Origin: Pseudomonadota bacterium
GTDB taxonomy: Bacteria > Myxococcota > JACRCW01 > JAFGSX01
Direction: 5' to 3'
NCBI GenBank assembly: GCA_043821645.1
Contig: JBDRCO010000036.1
Location: 1-64,000 of the forward strand
Length of the DNA: 64,000 bases
In this document: in pieces, positions 1 through 10,303 of the stretch
Numbering within the stretch: position 1 is the first letter of the stretch
Layout of the letters: each line of letters opens with the position of its first letter
Translations under genes and position numbers: made by a program
Notes under the pieces: generated by a model
The model's database searches: none
What the model saw: only the letters and a program-made list of their open reading frames with translations
Told to the model about the DNA's origin: nothing

Positions 1-467
1 ATGACTCCGCCGCACAGCAGCGGCGCAGCCGACACCGGATCGCCCATTTCGTCGGGTAACTCGACCAGAAAGTCGACTGCTGCCAGGGCCTGCTGGGCAA
101 ACCCACCGTCCGCATCGAAACCCGTGAAGCGCGCGCTCGGACACAGATTCTCGGTGCCTCCGAGGCAGGCGTCACAGCCGCCGCAGGTCCAGGCCAGCCA
201 CGGGACTCCCACCCGCCGGCCCAGCCAGCTCGAGTCCACACCGGGTCCGCAGGCCTCGACCTCACCGACGATCTGATGGCCAGGGACCAGCGGTAGCCGC
301 GGCGCTCGCAGCTCACCCTCGACCAGGTGCAGGTCGGTGTGGCACACGCCGCAACACAGCACCCGCAACCTGACCTCACCCCGGCCTGGCTCGGGCGTAG
401 GTCGTTGCTCTGCGATCAGGGGAGAGTGCGAGACGTCAGCAGGCGTCCTGAGCACCATGGCGCGCAT
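1..467 (-). CDS. Zinc-dependent alcohol dehydrogenase family protein (5' part; runs off the window start)
   Basis: Not in the ORF track; translated by hand from ATG at 467: MRAMVLRTP...CGVCHTDLH...LVPGHQIVG...CGGCDACLGGTENLC...AAPLLCGGV, giving the catalytic and structural Zn motifs. GAGG-like RBS upstream. Confidence 0.92.
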   Translation of the reverse strand, partial: MRAMVLRTPADVSHSPLIAEQRPTPEPGRGEVRLRVLCCGVCHTDLHLVEGELRAPRLPLVPGHQIVGEVEACGPGVDSSWLGRRVGVPWLAWTCGGCDACLGGTENLCPSARFTGFDADGGFAQQALAAVDFLVELPDEMGDPVSAAPLLCGGV

Positions 468-549
468 GTGGACCTCGCGTGCGGTGACGCCGCATGCTAG
501 AACGCTGCGCCGGCACGAACAAGCCGTGACGTCGACACCAGAGGGCATT

Positions 550-1632
550 TTGACAGACGATACAGACCGTTTTGAAGAAAAGCTCGAGTCCAGCATCAAC
601 CCTTTTGCGGTGGACGGACCGTGGCCCACCCTCACCACGGGACCCTCCGTGGAAACCGCGCTGGGTGCTGCGGTCGAGGACTTCATCGTGGAGGAACAGG
701 ACGGCTACCCCTGTGCGGGGGAGGGCGAGCACCTGTTCGTGAGGGTGAAGAAGAGCGGACTCTCCACCATGCAGGTGGTCAAGCGGCTGGCCGAGGTCTG
801 CGCCATTCCCGAGCGCGAGGTCGGATTCGCCGGGCGCAAGGACGCGCGAGGCCTGACCACCCAGCGCCTGTCCGTGCCGCGGCGCTGCGAGCCGGCGGTT
901 GCAGGGATACAGGATGCCAACCTGCAGGTGCTGGAGCTGGCGGTACACGTCAACAAACTGAGGCTGGGTCACCTGTCTGGAAATCGCTTCATCATCCGGC
1001 TCCAACCCGTCTCGGAACAAGAAGAAACCCTGGTTCGAGATCGCCTCGAGACGGTCCTGGCCAGGGGCTTTCCGGACTACTATGGCCCGCAGCGATTCGG
1101 GCCCGAGCTGTCGTCCGCGCAGCGCGGCTTGCACGCCCTCAGACAGGGGCGGATTCGGGGTCGTGGCAGGAGCGCAGACTTCTTGATTTCTGCTGCACAA
1201 TCATTGCTGTTCAATGATTTCCTGGGGCAGAGATTGAAGCGCGGCCTGCTGTTCGAGGCACTGCCTGGCGACCTGCTCAAGACCCAGCGTGGCGGGCTGT
1301 TCACCTGCGAGGATGCCGCCGCCGACACGCCGCGTGTGGCCGCGGGCGAGGTGGTGGTGACCGGGCCCATGTTCGGCCGCAAGATGATGCCGGCACGCGA
1401 CGCAGCCCTGACACTGGAGTCCGAGATCCTGACCAGCCGCGGCCTCAGCCATGACCATTTTTCGGCAATGCGACCTGCGATCCCGGGCACCCGTCGTGCG
1501 CTGCTCGCCAGGATACAGGGACCGAGTTGCCACGGTGACCCTTCTGGTCTCCGTCTGGACTTCGTGCTGCCGGCCGGATCCTTTGCCTCTGAACTCTGCC
1601 GCGAACTGCTCAGGATCCCCCTGAATTGGTGA
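550..1632 (+). CDS. truD: tRNA pseudouridine(13) synthase TruD
   Basis: EDFIVEE, GEGEH, FAGRKDARGLTTQ (catalytic Asp), GHLSGNRF, YYGPQRFG, LPAGSFA motifs. The start is uncertain; TTG at 550 after GAGGG was chosen. Confidence 0.93.
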   Translation: MTDDTDRFEEKLESSINPFAVDGPWPTLTTGPSVETALGAAVEDFIVEEQDGYPCAGEGEHLFVRVKKSGLSTMQVVKRLAEVCAIPEREVGFAGRKDARGLTTQRLSVPRRCEPAVAGIQDANLQVLELAVHVNKLRLGHLSGNRFIIRLQPVSEQEETLVRDRLETVLARGFPDYYGPQRFGPELSSAQRGLHALRQGRIRGRGRSADFLISAAQSLLFNDFLGQRLKRGLLFEALPGDLLKTQRGGLFTCEDAAADTPRVAAGEVVVTGPMFGRKMMPARDAALTLESEILTSRGLSHDHFSAMRPAIPGTRRALLARIQGPSCHGDPSGLRLDFVLPAGSFASELCRELLRIPLNW

Positions 1633-1893
1633 GCCTGATTGCGCCGGCGCGGCAGAAAGGGACGCGGCACCCTTCGGGTGGAAACGACGCAGCCAGCGCA
1701 CGCTGTGCCCTGGTGCCACAAAAAGAATCTGTGAGCGGGCACACGCGGCGCTACATGATGCGGACGACGCCACGAACCGGGGCAGAGTTCTTGCACATAC
1801 CGGTGAATGTGGACTGAAGGAGACGACACCAATTCGAACTTGAACTCTTCGCCGGGTTGGTGCGTATTCAACGCAAGGAGGAGTGGGACACCG

Positions 1894-3168
1894 ATGTTGC
1901 CGCGCAAGTCCACCAAGCCCGGAGGGAGCATGGGTCGCCCGTCGACGAGGCGAGCAGCCAACATCCGTCCGGCCAGCGCCGACGACCTGCTCAACAGCTA
2001 CCTGAAGTTGCTGTCCAAGCTTCCGCTGTTCAAGCCCGAAGAAGAAGCCGAGTACGCGCGGCGCCTGCGCATGGCCGAACTCGAGACCTGGACCTGTGCC
2101 CTTTACCTGCCTTCGAGCGTCGACTACCTGCTCGCCGGGGAGACACTTGCCGAATTTTCGGCACTTCCCAAGCTTGTTCAGCTCGAGCGCTCGTACACCC
2201 GCAGTGGTGTCGCGGCCGACGGTGCGCCGCGGCGCGCAGCCAAGATCACGCGCGAGGTGGTCAAGCTGGCCGAGGAGCTTCGCGACTTCGATAACGATCG
2301 CATCATCGCGGATCGACTGGTGGAGCACCTGCGCGCCATCACCCCGGCTCATACCGACACCCCGTCGCGCACCAATCGCCGCGGGCTGGCGCCACACCGG
2401 CCCAGCCGGGTGCAGATTCGCGAAGTGCTCAGGTCGCACGCCGAATCCATGGAGCTGCGCAACCGCTTCGTGCGCGCCAACCTGCGCCTGGTGGTCAGCG
2501 TGGCGCGTGGGTTTCACCACTTCAAGCTGCCCCTGGTGGATCTGATCCAGGAGGGCAACCTGGGCCTTATCAAGGCTGTGCACCGCTTCGACCACCGCAA
2601 GGGCTTCCGCTTCTCGACCTACGCACACTGGTGGATTCGCCAGTCCATCGAGCGCGCCATCGTCAACAAGGGCGCCCAGGTGAGGGTTCCCGTTCATGTG
2701 TTCGATACCCGGCGCGTCATCAACCGCGCCACCCGGGATCTGCGCACCGAGCTGGGGCGCGATGCGACGGATGAGGAGCTGGCCGCGGCCACCGGGATGG
2801 ACCTCGAAAAGATCGTGGCAGCGCGGGATCAGGCGCTCAAGGAGCCGCTGTCCCTGGACGACATCCTGAGCGACACCGACGAGCGCAACTATGGGGACGT
2901 GCTGGCCGACGAGGACAGTCCGCATCCCGAGGAGTCCGTGATCCGCGAGGACGAGATCCAGCGCGTGCGCGAACTGCTCGGTCTGCTCAGCCCCATCGAG
3001 ATGGACGTGATCTGCCGTCGCTTTGGCCTGCTCGGCGACAACGACGAGACCCTCGAGGAGATAGGCCGCAAGTACAACCTGTCGCGTGAGCGCGTGCGCC
3101 AGATCCAGGTCCAGGGCCTGAAGAAGATGCGCCGCTTTTGCGAGCGCCGCGAGATCGGCGAAGGCTGA
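1894..3168 (+). CDS. RNA polymerase sigma-70 family factor (RpoD-like regions 1.2-4, no obvious region 1.1)
   Basis: Region 1.2 DDLLNSYLKLLSKLPL, region 2 ANLRLVVSVAR...DLIQEGNLGLIKAV.RFD...GFRFSTYAHWWIRQ, region 4 TLEEIGRKYNLSRERVRQI. Start is ATG 1894 or 1930. Confidence 0.93.
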   Translation: MLPRKSTKPGGSMGRPSTRRAANIRPASADDLLNSYLKLLSKLPLFKPEEEAEYARRLRMAELETWTCALYLPSSVDYLLAGETLAEFSALPKLVQLERSYTRSGVAADGAPRRAAKITREVVKLAEELRDFDNDRIIADRLVEHLRAITPAHTDTPSRTNRRGLAPHRPSRVQIREVLRSHAESMELRNRFVRANLRLVVSVARGFHHFKLPLVDLIQEGNLGLIKAVHRFDHRKGFRFSTYAHWWIRQSIERAIVNKGAQVRVPVHVFDTRRVINRATRDLRTELGRDATDEELAAATGMDLEKIVAARDQALKEPLSLDDILSDTDERNYGDVLADEDSPHPEESVIREDEIQRVRELLGLLSPIEMDVICRRFGLLGDNDETLEEIGRKYNLSRERVRQIQVQGLKKMRRFCERREIGEG

Positions 3169-3310
3169 GCGCGTCGGGCTTACCGCGTACTGACCAAGCC
3201 CACCCCTGACCCCGCACCTTGACCTGGACCTGCCCCACACCTAACGTGGGCGTGGACGCGTCGATGAAACGCCTGCCGTGCCGGTGCGTTGATATCCCTG
3301 GAGGTACCCC

Positions 3311-4519
3311 ATGAACAGGCTGCTCCGATGCGTGGTGGTGGTGAGCCTGCTGGCCAGCACAGGGGTAGGTTGCTCGTGGCTGGAGTCCGGCAAGGAGACC
3401 CAGGGCCCCGTCGCCGTGGTGGCCTGGATAAAGGGCGAGGTCCTGATCCGGTCGCGCGAGGGCCACGTGCAACCGGCCAGACTCGAGGCCGAGCTGCTGC
3501 TCACCGATTACATCGAAGCCGGACCGAATTCCGCGGTCATCCTCGGCCTCAACAATGGGTGGGTGGTCAAGATCGCCACCAAGCTTTACGTGCGCGACAT
3601 CCCGGCGCTGGGCCTGCCACCCACAGCGCGCCCGGTCGAGGTACAGCTCAGCGAGCTGCTGGATGCCACCACGGTCTCGGCCGCGGACGAGCTCAAGAAC
3701 GGCGCGTCACGGCTCGCCGGCTGGCACATGCGCCGGAACGCGGCGCAGACCGTCACCGCGCAGCCGAAGATGGACAAGGACAAGGAGGGCGCGCGCAACG
3801 AGGCCACGCCTGCGCCAGCCGGGGACGATCCGTCGATGGCGCCGGCGCCACAGCCCGAGCCCGCGGACGAGGCGATGGAGTCTCTCGCGAACGGAGACAA
3901 GCCCCCCGGGAGTGCGGAGGTCAAGGTGGCGAGCCCTCCACCGCAAAAGCGGACCGCGCAGCCCGTGCAGCCCGATAAAAGGCTGCAAGACAAGGCAGAG
4001 CCCAGGGCTCCGCTCCCGCCACCACCCGCCATGCCGCCCGCGCCTGCAGGCGCCGACAGGGGCGATCTCAAAGAAAAGGATAATGTCGGACAACTCAAGG
4101 ACGCCACCCCGCCTGCGGAGACTCCTGGCCCGAGCGCTGGCAAAGGGGGTGACCTCAAGCAACAAGTTCAGGAGGCTCGCCCAGCCAGGACCACCGTCAG
4201 CAAGGCCAAGCGCCCGGCGCCCCTCTCGAGTCTGGTGCAGGTGACCGCAAGGCCCAGGAGAAGCGACGCGAAGCTCATCACAAATCTCCAGACCTTGCTC
4301 AGCGATCCCGGCGTGCAGGCCTGCCTGCGTAGGACCAACGATGGCAAGAACGGCAGGGTGCGGCTCGGCATGATCCTCAGGAACGGAATGCTCGACAGGA
4401 TCGAGTTTGTGGAGGGCAAACCCATCACCGGCTGCGCGGCCCTGGATAAGGCGAGGACGACGCTGCTGGATCCGGCGCGCACCAGCGGTCAGGTCAAGGC
4501 CAGCGTGGAACTGCATTGA
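3311..4519 (+). CDS. Lipoprotein with FecR-like N-terminal segment, Pro-rich linker and a C-terminal two-Cys domain
   Basis: GGAGG RBS; lipobox-like STGVG-C; VAWIKGEV...IEAGPNSAVIL resembles the FecR start; stop overlaps the cyclase start. Confidence 0.65.
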   Translation: MNRLLRCVVVVSLLASTGVGCSWLESGKETQGPVAVVAWIKGEVLIRSREGHVQPARLEAELLLTDYIEAGPNSAVILGLNNGWVVKIATKLYVRDIPALGLPPTARPVEVQLSELLDATTVSAADELKNGASRLAGWHMRRNAAQTVTAQPKMDKDKEGARNEATPAPAGDDPSMAPAPQPEPADEAMESLANGDKPPGSAEVKVASPPPQKRTAQPVQPDKRLQDKAEPRAPLPPPPAMPPAPAGADRGDLKEKDNVGQLKDATPPAETPGPSAGKGGDLKQQVQEARPARTTVSKAKRPAPLSSLVQVTARPRRSDAKLITNLQTLLSDPGVQACLRRTNDGKNGRVRLGMILRNGMLDRIEFVEGKPITGCAALDKARTTLLDPARTSGQVKASVELH

Positions 4520-6717
4520 CGTCGCCCCGCCGCCTCCTGATCACGGCGCTGGTCGTGGTGACCCTGTCTAGCTCCCTGGTGCTCGCTGCGCGCCAGGGCT
4601 GGCTGGGGCAGGCGCCCGAGGATTTCGAACTGTGGGCTGTGGATCAGCGCTTCATGCGGCGCGGCGAGCTGCCCGCCAGCGACGCCGTGGTCTTGCTGCT
4701 GTTCGACGAGGCCACCCGCACGCGTCGTCCCGCGCTGTTCGAGCAGCGTGCCGAGTGGGCGCTGCTGCTGGACGCCCTGGCCGAGGCCGGGCCTGCCGTG
4801 GTTGGTATCGACGCCCTGCTGCTCGATCCGGAGCGCCCGCTCCCCGAAGAGCTCGTCGCCGAGATCGAGAGCGTGCTGGAGGATCCAGCCTCGGATCTGA
4901 AGAGCGCGCCGGTCCTGCTGTTGCAGCGCGTGGCAGAGGAGACGCGAGGGGATGCCAGGCTGGCTGCGGCCATCCGCCGGGCCGGACGCGTGGTGCTGGC
5001 GACGCATGTGGGGCTGGAGCAGGGGCCCGGGACCGAGAGCTCGGAGCTGCAGCGTGGGCGCTACGGACAGCAGGTCCTCGGATCCCGGCCGCCCCTGACC
5101 GGGCGCAGCGTGCAGAGCTCGCTGCCTGAGTTCGTGCAGGGCGCGCTGTCCCTGGGCTATGTCACCCTCGAAGAGGACGGCGACAAGACCGTGCGTGGAC
5201 TGCGCCTGGCGCGTCGAGCCCAGGGCGCCGTCTACATGCCCATGGCTGTGGCCCTGGTGGCGAGCTACCTGGGGCTGGAGCAGGGCCGGCTGGCTTACCT
5301 GGGCCCCGACCACAGCGTGCACCTCGGTGAGCGTCGGGTGGCCCTGGATGACGAGGACAGGCTGCTGCTCAATTTTCGAGGACCCGCACGCGCCTACACT
5401 CAGTACTCGGCGGTGGATCTTCTCGACGGGACCCTGCCGGCCGGGGCGCTGCACGGTCGTATCGTGCTGCTCGGCTACAGCTTTGTCGGCCACGACACCA
5501 TCCGGACGCCCTTCGGAAACGTCGAGCCGGCCATGAGCGTACACGCGGCTGCCGTCGACAACATCCTGGCTGGCGACGGCTTGACGCGGCTGCCGTGGTG
5601 GATAGAGGCGCTGCTGGGTGGGCTGACAGGCCTGCTGGTGGTGCTGAGCTTCGGGATGCGCGGGCGCTGGACGCCCCTGCCGCAGATCCTGGTGGGTGCT
5701 GCCCTGGTGCTGGCGTACGCAGCCGTGACCCAGGAACTGTTCAGGGCGGTGGGCCTGTGGGCAGGTGCCAGCGCCGTGCTCGCCAACGCGGTGCTGGCCA
5801 TGGGCGGAGGCCTGGTCTCCCTGTACCTCGCCGAGGGACGGCAGAAGCGGCAGCTGCGGCGGACCTTCTCGCACTACCTGTCGGACCAGGTCATCAGCCA
5901 GCTGGTGGCGGATCCGGCGCGCCTGCGGCTGGGCGGAGAACGACGCGACCTCACGGTGCTGTTCAGCGATGTGCGCAACTTCACGTCGCTGTCCGAGCGC
6001 TTGCAGCCCGAGGCGCTGGTACAGTTCCTCAACCGCTACCTCACACCCATGACACGGGCCGTGCTGGCCGAGCGCGGTTTTTTGGACAAGTACATCGGCG
6101 ACGCCATCATGGCCGTGTTCGGGGCGCCGCTACCGGATCCCCAGCACGCAGATCGCGCCCTGGCCTGCGCAGCGCAGTTTCACCGGCTGCTGCCGGAACT
6201 CCGGGCCACCCTGCCCGTCGAGGGACTGCACCTGGAGATCGGCGTTGGTATCAACACGGGCCCCATGGTGGTTGGCAACATGGGCAGTGTCGAGCGCTTC
6301 GACTACACGGTGGTGGGCGACGCGGTCAACGTGGCCTCGCGCCTGGAGAGCCTGAGCAAGACCTACGGCGTGTTCTGCGTGGTGGGCGAGGACAGCAGGG
6401 TTGCGGCCAGTGAGCGCTTTCGTTTCCGCTCCCTGGACCTGGTGCGGGTCAAGGGTCGCGACACACCCGTGGCCATCCACGAGCTGCTCGCGGACACGGA
6501 GCACGAGCTCAAGACCTACCTCGAACTCGCGACCTTCGAGGCGGGTGTCGCAGCCTACCGCGAGGGCGAGTTCGGCTTTGCCCGCGCCAGGTTGCGCGAG
6601 TTCTCCGCGGCCAACCCCGACGACAAGGTGGCCCTCCTCTACCTGGAGCGGCTGGCCACGCTGCCAGAGCACGCCACCTCGGTCTGGGATCCCGCCACGA
6701 CCTTGCGGCACAAGTGA
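4516..6717 (+). CDS. CHASE2-domain adenylate/guanylate cyclase
   Basis: N-terminal TM, CHASE2 motifs (D.DKTVR, HAAAVDNIL), 3 TMs, cyclase motifs TVLFSDVRNFT, DKYIGDAIMAVFGAP, YTVVGDAVNVASRLE. Confidence 0.93.
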   Translation: MTSPRRLLITALVVVTLSSSLVLAARQGWLGQAPEDFELWAVDQRFMRRGELPASDAVVLLLFDEATRTRRPALFEQRAEWALLLDALAEAGPAVVGIDALLLDPERPLPEELVAEIESVLEDPASDLKSAPVLLLQRVAEETRGDARLAAAIRRAGRVVLATHVGLEQGPGTESSELQRGRYGQQVLGSRPPLTGRSVQSSLPEFVQGALSLGYVTLEEDGDKTVRGLRLARRAQGAVYMPMAVALVASYLGLEQGRLAYLGPDHSVHLGERRVALDDEDRLLLNFRGPARAYTQYSAVDLLDGTLPAGALHGRIVLLGYSFVGHDTIRTPFGNVEPAMSVHAAAVDNILAGDGLTRLPWWIEALLGGLTGLLVVLSFGMRGRWTPLPQILVGAALVLAYAAVTQELFRAVGLWAGASAVLANAVLAMGGGLVSLYLAEGRQKRQLRRTFSHYLSDQVISQLVADPARLRLGGERRDLTVLFSDVRNFTSLSERLQPEALVQFLNRYLTPMTRAVLAERGFLDKYIGDAIMAVFGAPLPDPQHADRALACAAQFHRLLPELRATLPVEGLHLEIGVGINTGPMVVGNMGSVERFDYTVVGDAVNVASRLESLSKTYGVFCVVGEDSRVAASERFRFRSLDLVRVKGRDTPVAIHELLADTEHELKTYLELATFEAGVAAYREGEFGFARARLREFSAANPDDKVALLYLERLATLPEHATSVWDPATTLRHK

Positions 6718-6720
6718 GGC

Positions 6721-7335
6721 TCAGCCCAGCTCGCTGGCACGAACAACGTGCGCACCGGCCTCGCGCATCTGCTCGTATGCGCGATCGCCATCTCCGGCTC
6801 GCAGGTCGACCGCACGGCAACCCTCCTCGACCACACGCACCCTGTAACCCAGGCGACAGGCGTCCAGGACGGTGAACTTGACGCAGTAGTCCGTGGCCAG
6901 GCCCAGGATCACCAGCGCGTCGACACCGTGCCCGCGCAGCACCGCGTCGAGATCTGTGGCCTTGCGCTGGCCGTTGTCGAAGAAGCCGCTGTACGAATCG
7001 ATGGCCGGATCCGTGCCCTTGGCCACCACCGCGTCGAGGCGGGTGGGATCCAGATCCGCGTGCAGCTCGGCGCCGTGCGTGCCCTGCACACAGTGTGCGG
7101 GCCACAGCACCTGACTCAGGCCATGGAGCTCGATGCACTCTCCTGGCGAATGTCCCGGGTGGTTGGAGGCGAACGAACCATGATTCTCGGGATGCCAGTC
7201 CTGGGTGGCGAACACGCGCTCGAAGCGAGGCAGCAGCGATGTGGCCACGGCCACGGTGGCATCACCCTCGCGCACCGCGAGGGCACCGCCGGGCATGAAG
7301 TCATACTGCAGGTCGACCAGCAGCAGGGCTCTCAT
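6721..7335 (-). CDS. pncA: Nicotinamidase/pyrazinamidase
   Basis: [39 protein letters not shown]; translationally coupled to pncB. Confidence 0.95.
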   Translation of the reverse strand: MRALLLVDLQYDFMPGGALAVREGDATVAVATSLLPRFERVFATQDWHPENHGSFASNHPGHSPGECIELHGLSQVLWPAHCVQGTHGAELHADLDPTRLDAVVAKGTDPAIDSYSGFFDNGQRKATDLDAVLRGHGVDALVILGLATDYCVKFTVLDACRLGYRVRVVEEGCRAVDLRAGDGDRAYEQMREAGAHVVRASELG

Positions 7336-8822
7336 CGGCCTCCTTGCGGGCTGCGCTGCGCCTGTCGCGCCTCGTCGATGAGCCGCATCTTGAGTTCGTG
7401 CAGCGATCGCTCGAGCGCCACGGGGTAGCGGGCGGGGTTGTCGAAGCGCTTGCTGCCGGGGGAGAGCCAGGCGAGTTCTTCGTGCACCAGCTGGCGCGAA
7501 CGCGACAGGGGAGGGGGCGTGTACACCACCTGACCCTGGCGCAGCACCGGGACCAGCAGCTCCTGCCAGCTCGCGTCGGCAGGAAGCTCCAGATTGCGCG
7601 AGGCCAGGGTCGGATCCGTGAGCACACCCTGGCGGGGATCGCGGCAGTCCTGGTCGAGGATCAGATCCGCCAGGTAGCCCCCCTGGCCCCGGTAGCGTCG
7701 CACCTGCTGCACCCCCGGGGTCGACACCTTGACCTCCTGTTCGCTGAGCTTGACCTTGTACTGCCAGGCACCGTCCTGGCGGCGGATGGCGCCGAGCTTG
7801 TACACGCCGCCCAGAGCCGGCTGGTCAAAGGCCGTGACCAGCTTGGTGCCGACGCCCCACACGTTGATGCGCGCGCCCTGGCGCTTGAGGCTGCTGATCA
7901 GACCCTCATCCAGATCGTTGCTGGCCACGATGGCCGCGTCCGCAAAGCCGGCCTCGTCGAGCAACTGCCGCGCCACGATGCTGAGCTGCGCCAGGTCCCC
8001 GGAATCCAGGCGCACCCCCAGCAGCTTCTGACCCTGGGCGCGCAGGCGCTGGCCTTGCTCGATGGCGTGGCGAACGCCCTGCACCGTGTCGTAGGTGTCG
8101 ACCAGGAACACGCCGTTGCCGGGCATGGCGTCGGCGTAGGCGGCAAAGGCTTCGCGCTCGTCGTCAAAGGCCATGACCCAGGAATGGGCGTGGGTGCCGC
8201 GCGTCGGGATGCCGAACAGCTTGCCCGCGAGGACATTGCTGGTGGCCTCGCACCCACCCAGGTAGGCGGCGCGGCTGGCTGCCAGGGCGCCGTCCACGCC
8301 GTGGGCCCGGCGCAGGCCGAACTCGAGCACCGGCTCTCCTTCGGTGGCCAGGCACACCCGGCAGGCCTTGGTGGCGATCAGGGTCTGGAAGTTGATCAGG
8401 GTGAGCAGCGGCGTCTCGAGCAGCTGGCACTGGTACAGCGGCCCGCGCACGCGCAGCAGGGGTTCGGTGGGGAAGACCAGGCGACCCTCCTCGACGCCAT
8501 CGACGTCGCAGCGCAGGGGGGTCTGCTGCAGGAAGTTCAGGAAGCCTGGTTCGAACAGGGGCCGTCCGTCGGCGCCGGTCAAGGTGGACAGGTAGGCGAG
8601 GTCGTCGTCCGCGAAGGCGTGAAGTTGCAGGTACTCGAGCACGGTCTGCAGACCGGCCGCGATGGCGAAGCCGCCGCCGAAGGGATTGTTGCGAAAGTAC
8701 AGGTGAAACACCGCCTCGCGTTCGGCCAGGCCCGCCTTCCACAGGCCGCAGGCCATGGTCAGCTGGTACAGGTCGGTGAGCAAGGACAGCGAATGACGAT
8801 ACAGTGCACCCAACGTCGACAT
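7332..8822 (-). CDS. pncB: Nicotinate phosphoribosyltransferase
   Basis: [46 protein letters not shown]. Confidence 0.96.
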   Translation of the reverse strand: MSTLGALYRHSLSLLTDLYQLTMACGLWKAGLAEREAVFHLYFRNNPFGGGFAIAAGLQTVLEYLQLHAFADDDLAYLSTLTGADGRPLFEPGFLNFLQQTPLRCDVDGVEEGRLVFPTEPLLRVRGPLYQCQLLETPLLTLINFQTLIATKACRVCLATEGEPVLEFGLRRAHGVDGALAASRAAYLGGCEATSNVLAGKLFGIPTRGTHAHSWVMAFDDEREAFAAYADAMPGNGVFLVDTYDTVQGVRHAIEQGQRLRAQGQKLLGVRLDSGDLAQLSIVARQLLDEAGFADAAIVASNDLDEGLISSLKRQGARINVWGVGTKLVTAFDQPALGGVYKLGAIRRQDGAWQYKVKLSEQEVKVSTPGVQQVRRYRGQGGYLADLILDQDCRDPRQGVLTDPTLASRNLELPADASWQELLVPVLRQGQVVYTPPPLSRSRQLVHEELAWLSPGSKRFDNPARYPVALERSLHELKMRLIDEARQAQRSPQGGR

Positions 8823-8911
8823 CGTGACCTTCCGCTGACACAGTCCCCTTGTCGTCGGCTACACCCATGTTATCTAGAGCCGCGCGTGCCGTCAGCAGCG
8901 CGCACAACAGA

Positions 8912-10303
8912 ATGCGGGATCGCATCATGCGCTTCGTCGACGCCGTGTGGCGCTTCTTCTGCTCGCTGCAACTCACCGCGGTTCTCCTCGCCGTGCTCAT
9001 GGCCGGGGCCTTCGTCGGCATGTTTGTCGACCAGACCCTGACCTACGAGGAGCACATGTCGAGGATCGTGGACGCACCCCTGCAGGCGCGCCTGTTCACC
9101 TCGCTCGAGATCTACAACCTGTTCGGGTCCTGGTGGTTCATGGGGTTGGTGCTGCTGCTGGCCCTCAACCTGATCGCTTGCACCCTCAACCGCCTGCCTG
9201 GCGTGTGGCACCAGGTGTTTCATTTCGACAGCGACCTCGACGATAAGAGGCTGCATGGCCTGGCCAATCACGTCGAGCTGAAGGCCCCCAGCGTCGAGCG
9301 CGCCCGGGAGATCGGCCGTGCCTTGCTGGCTCGCATCGCCGGCACACCCGGCGAGCGCGAGCGCGATGGCGTGCTGGTTCTTTACGCGGAGCGGCAGCGC
9401 CTGGCGCGGTTCTCCGTGGTGGTCGTGCACACCTCGCTGCTGCTCATCCTGCTCGGCCACGTGGCCAATACCTCGGGTGGCACCGACGGCAGCATCAGCA
9501 TCGCCGAGAACTCGGCATCGAACACGGTGTTCGTGCGTGGCCCGGCGGGTCTGTCCAAGCGCATGGCCCTCGACTTCTCGGTGCGGTGCGTCGACTTCCG
9601 GGTCGAGACCTTTGCCAGTGGCTAGCCCAAGGACTACGAGAGCGATCTGGTGGTGGTGCAGGGTGGCCAGGAGAAGCTCAAGAAGACCATTCGCGTCAAC
9701 GACCCCCTCCAGTTCGGTGGCTACACTTTTTACCAGTCGAGCTATCGCCAGCTCCCGGGTGACGAGCGCGTGCACCTCCAGGCTGGTCCCCGAGGCGGTG
9801 TGCTCAAGGACTACCATCCGGCCATCGGCGAGCGCGTGGCCCTGGACGACGGCACGACGCTGGTGCCGGTGGAAATCGTGCCCAGCATGGGCAGCTTTGG
9901 CGAGGCCCTGCGACTGAACAAGATCGATGGCGCGGGCAACACCGAGAACCTGGTGCTGTTCAAGCGTTTCCCCGATGTCGACGGCAGGATGCGCAAGGGC
10001 AGCAACGAGGTTCGCTACCTCGAGGCCGACTCGCGCTACGCCACCATCCTGTCCGTGGGGCGGGCGCCGTATGCCTGGCTGGTGTTCCTCGGCTTCACCC
10101 TCATGATCGTGGGTACCGTGGCCGGGCTGCTGTACTCCCACCGTCGCTACTGGGTGCAGATCCAGCGCGCTGCCGACGGAACGTGCACTGTTCTGTTTGC
10201 CGGTTCGGCCAAGAAGCACAGGCAGGGCTTCCGCGCCGAGTACGATCGCCTGGTCGAGGAGCTGCGTGCTCAACTCGGCTCGAAGGCTGGAGCGAAGACA
10301 TGA
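8912..10303 (+). pseudogene. resB: Cytochrome c biogenesis protein ResB/Ccs1, interrupted by an in-frame TAG at 9623-9625
   Basis: ORFs 8849-9625 and 9650-10303 are in the same frame. Joined they give SWWF...NLIACT, VVH.SLL, G*PKDYESDL, IRVNDPL...TFYQSSY and HRRYWV, all ResB-like motifs. Directly upstream of ccsA. Confidence 0.85.

Noticed and set aside
8823-8911. NrtR-type operator or riboswitch upstream of pncB
   Set aside because: Only a weak GT-N7-AC match without palindromic AT-rich flanks, and no regulator gene nearby.
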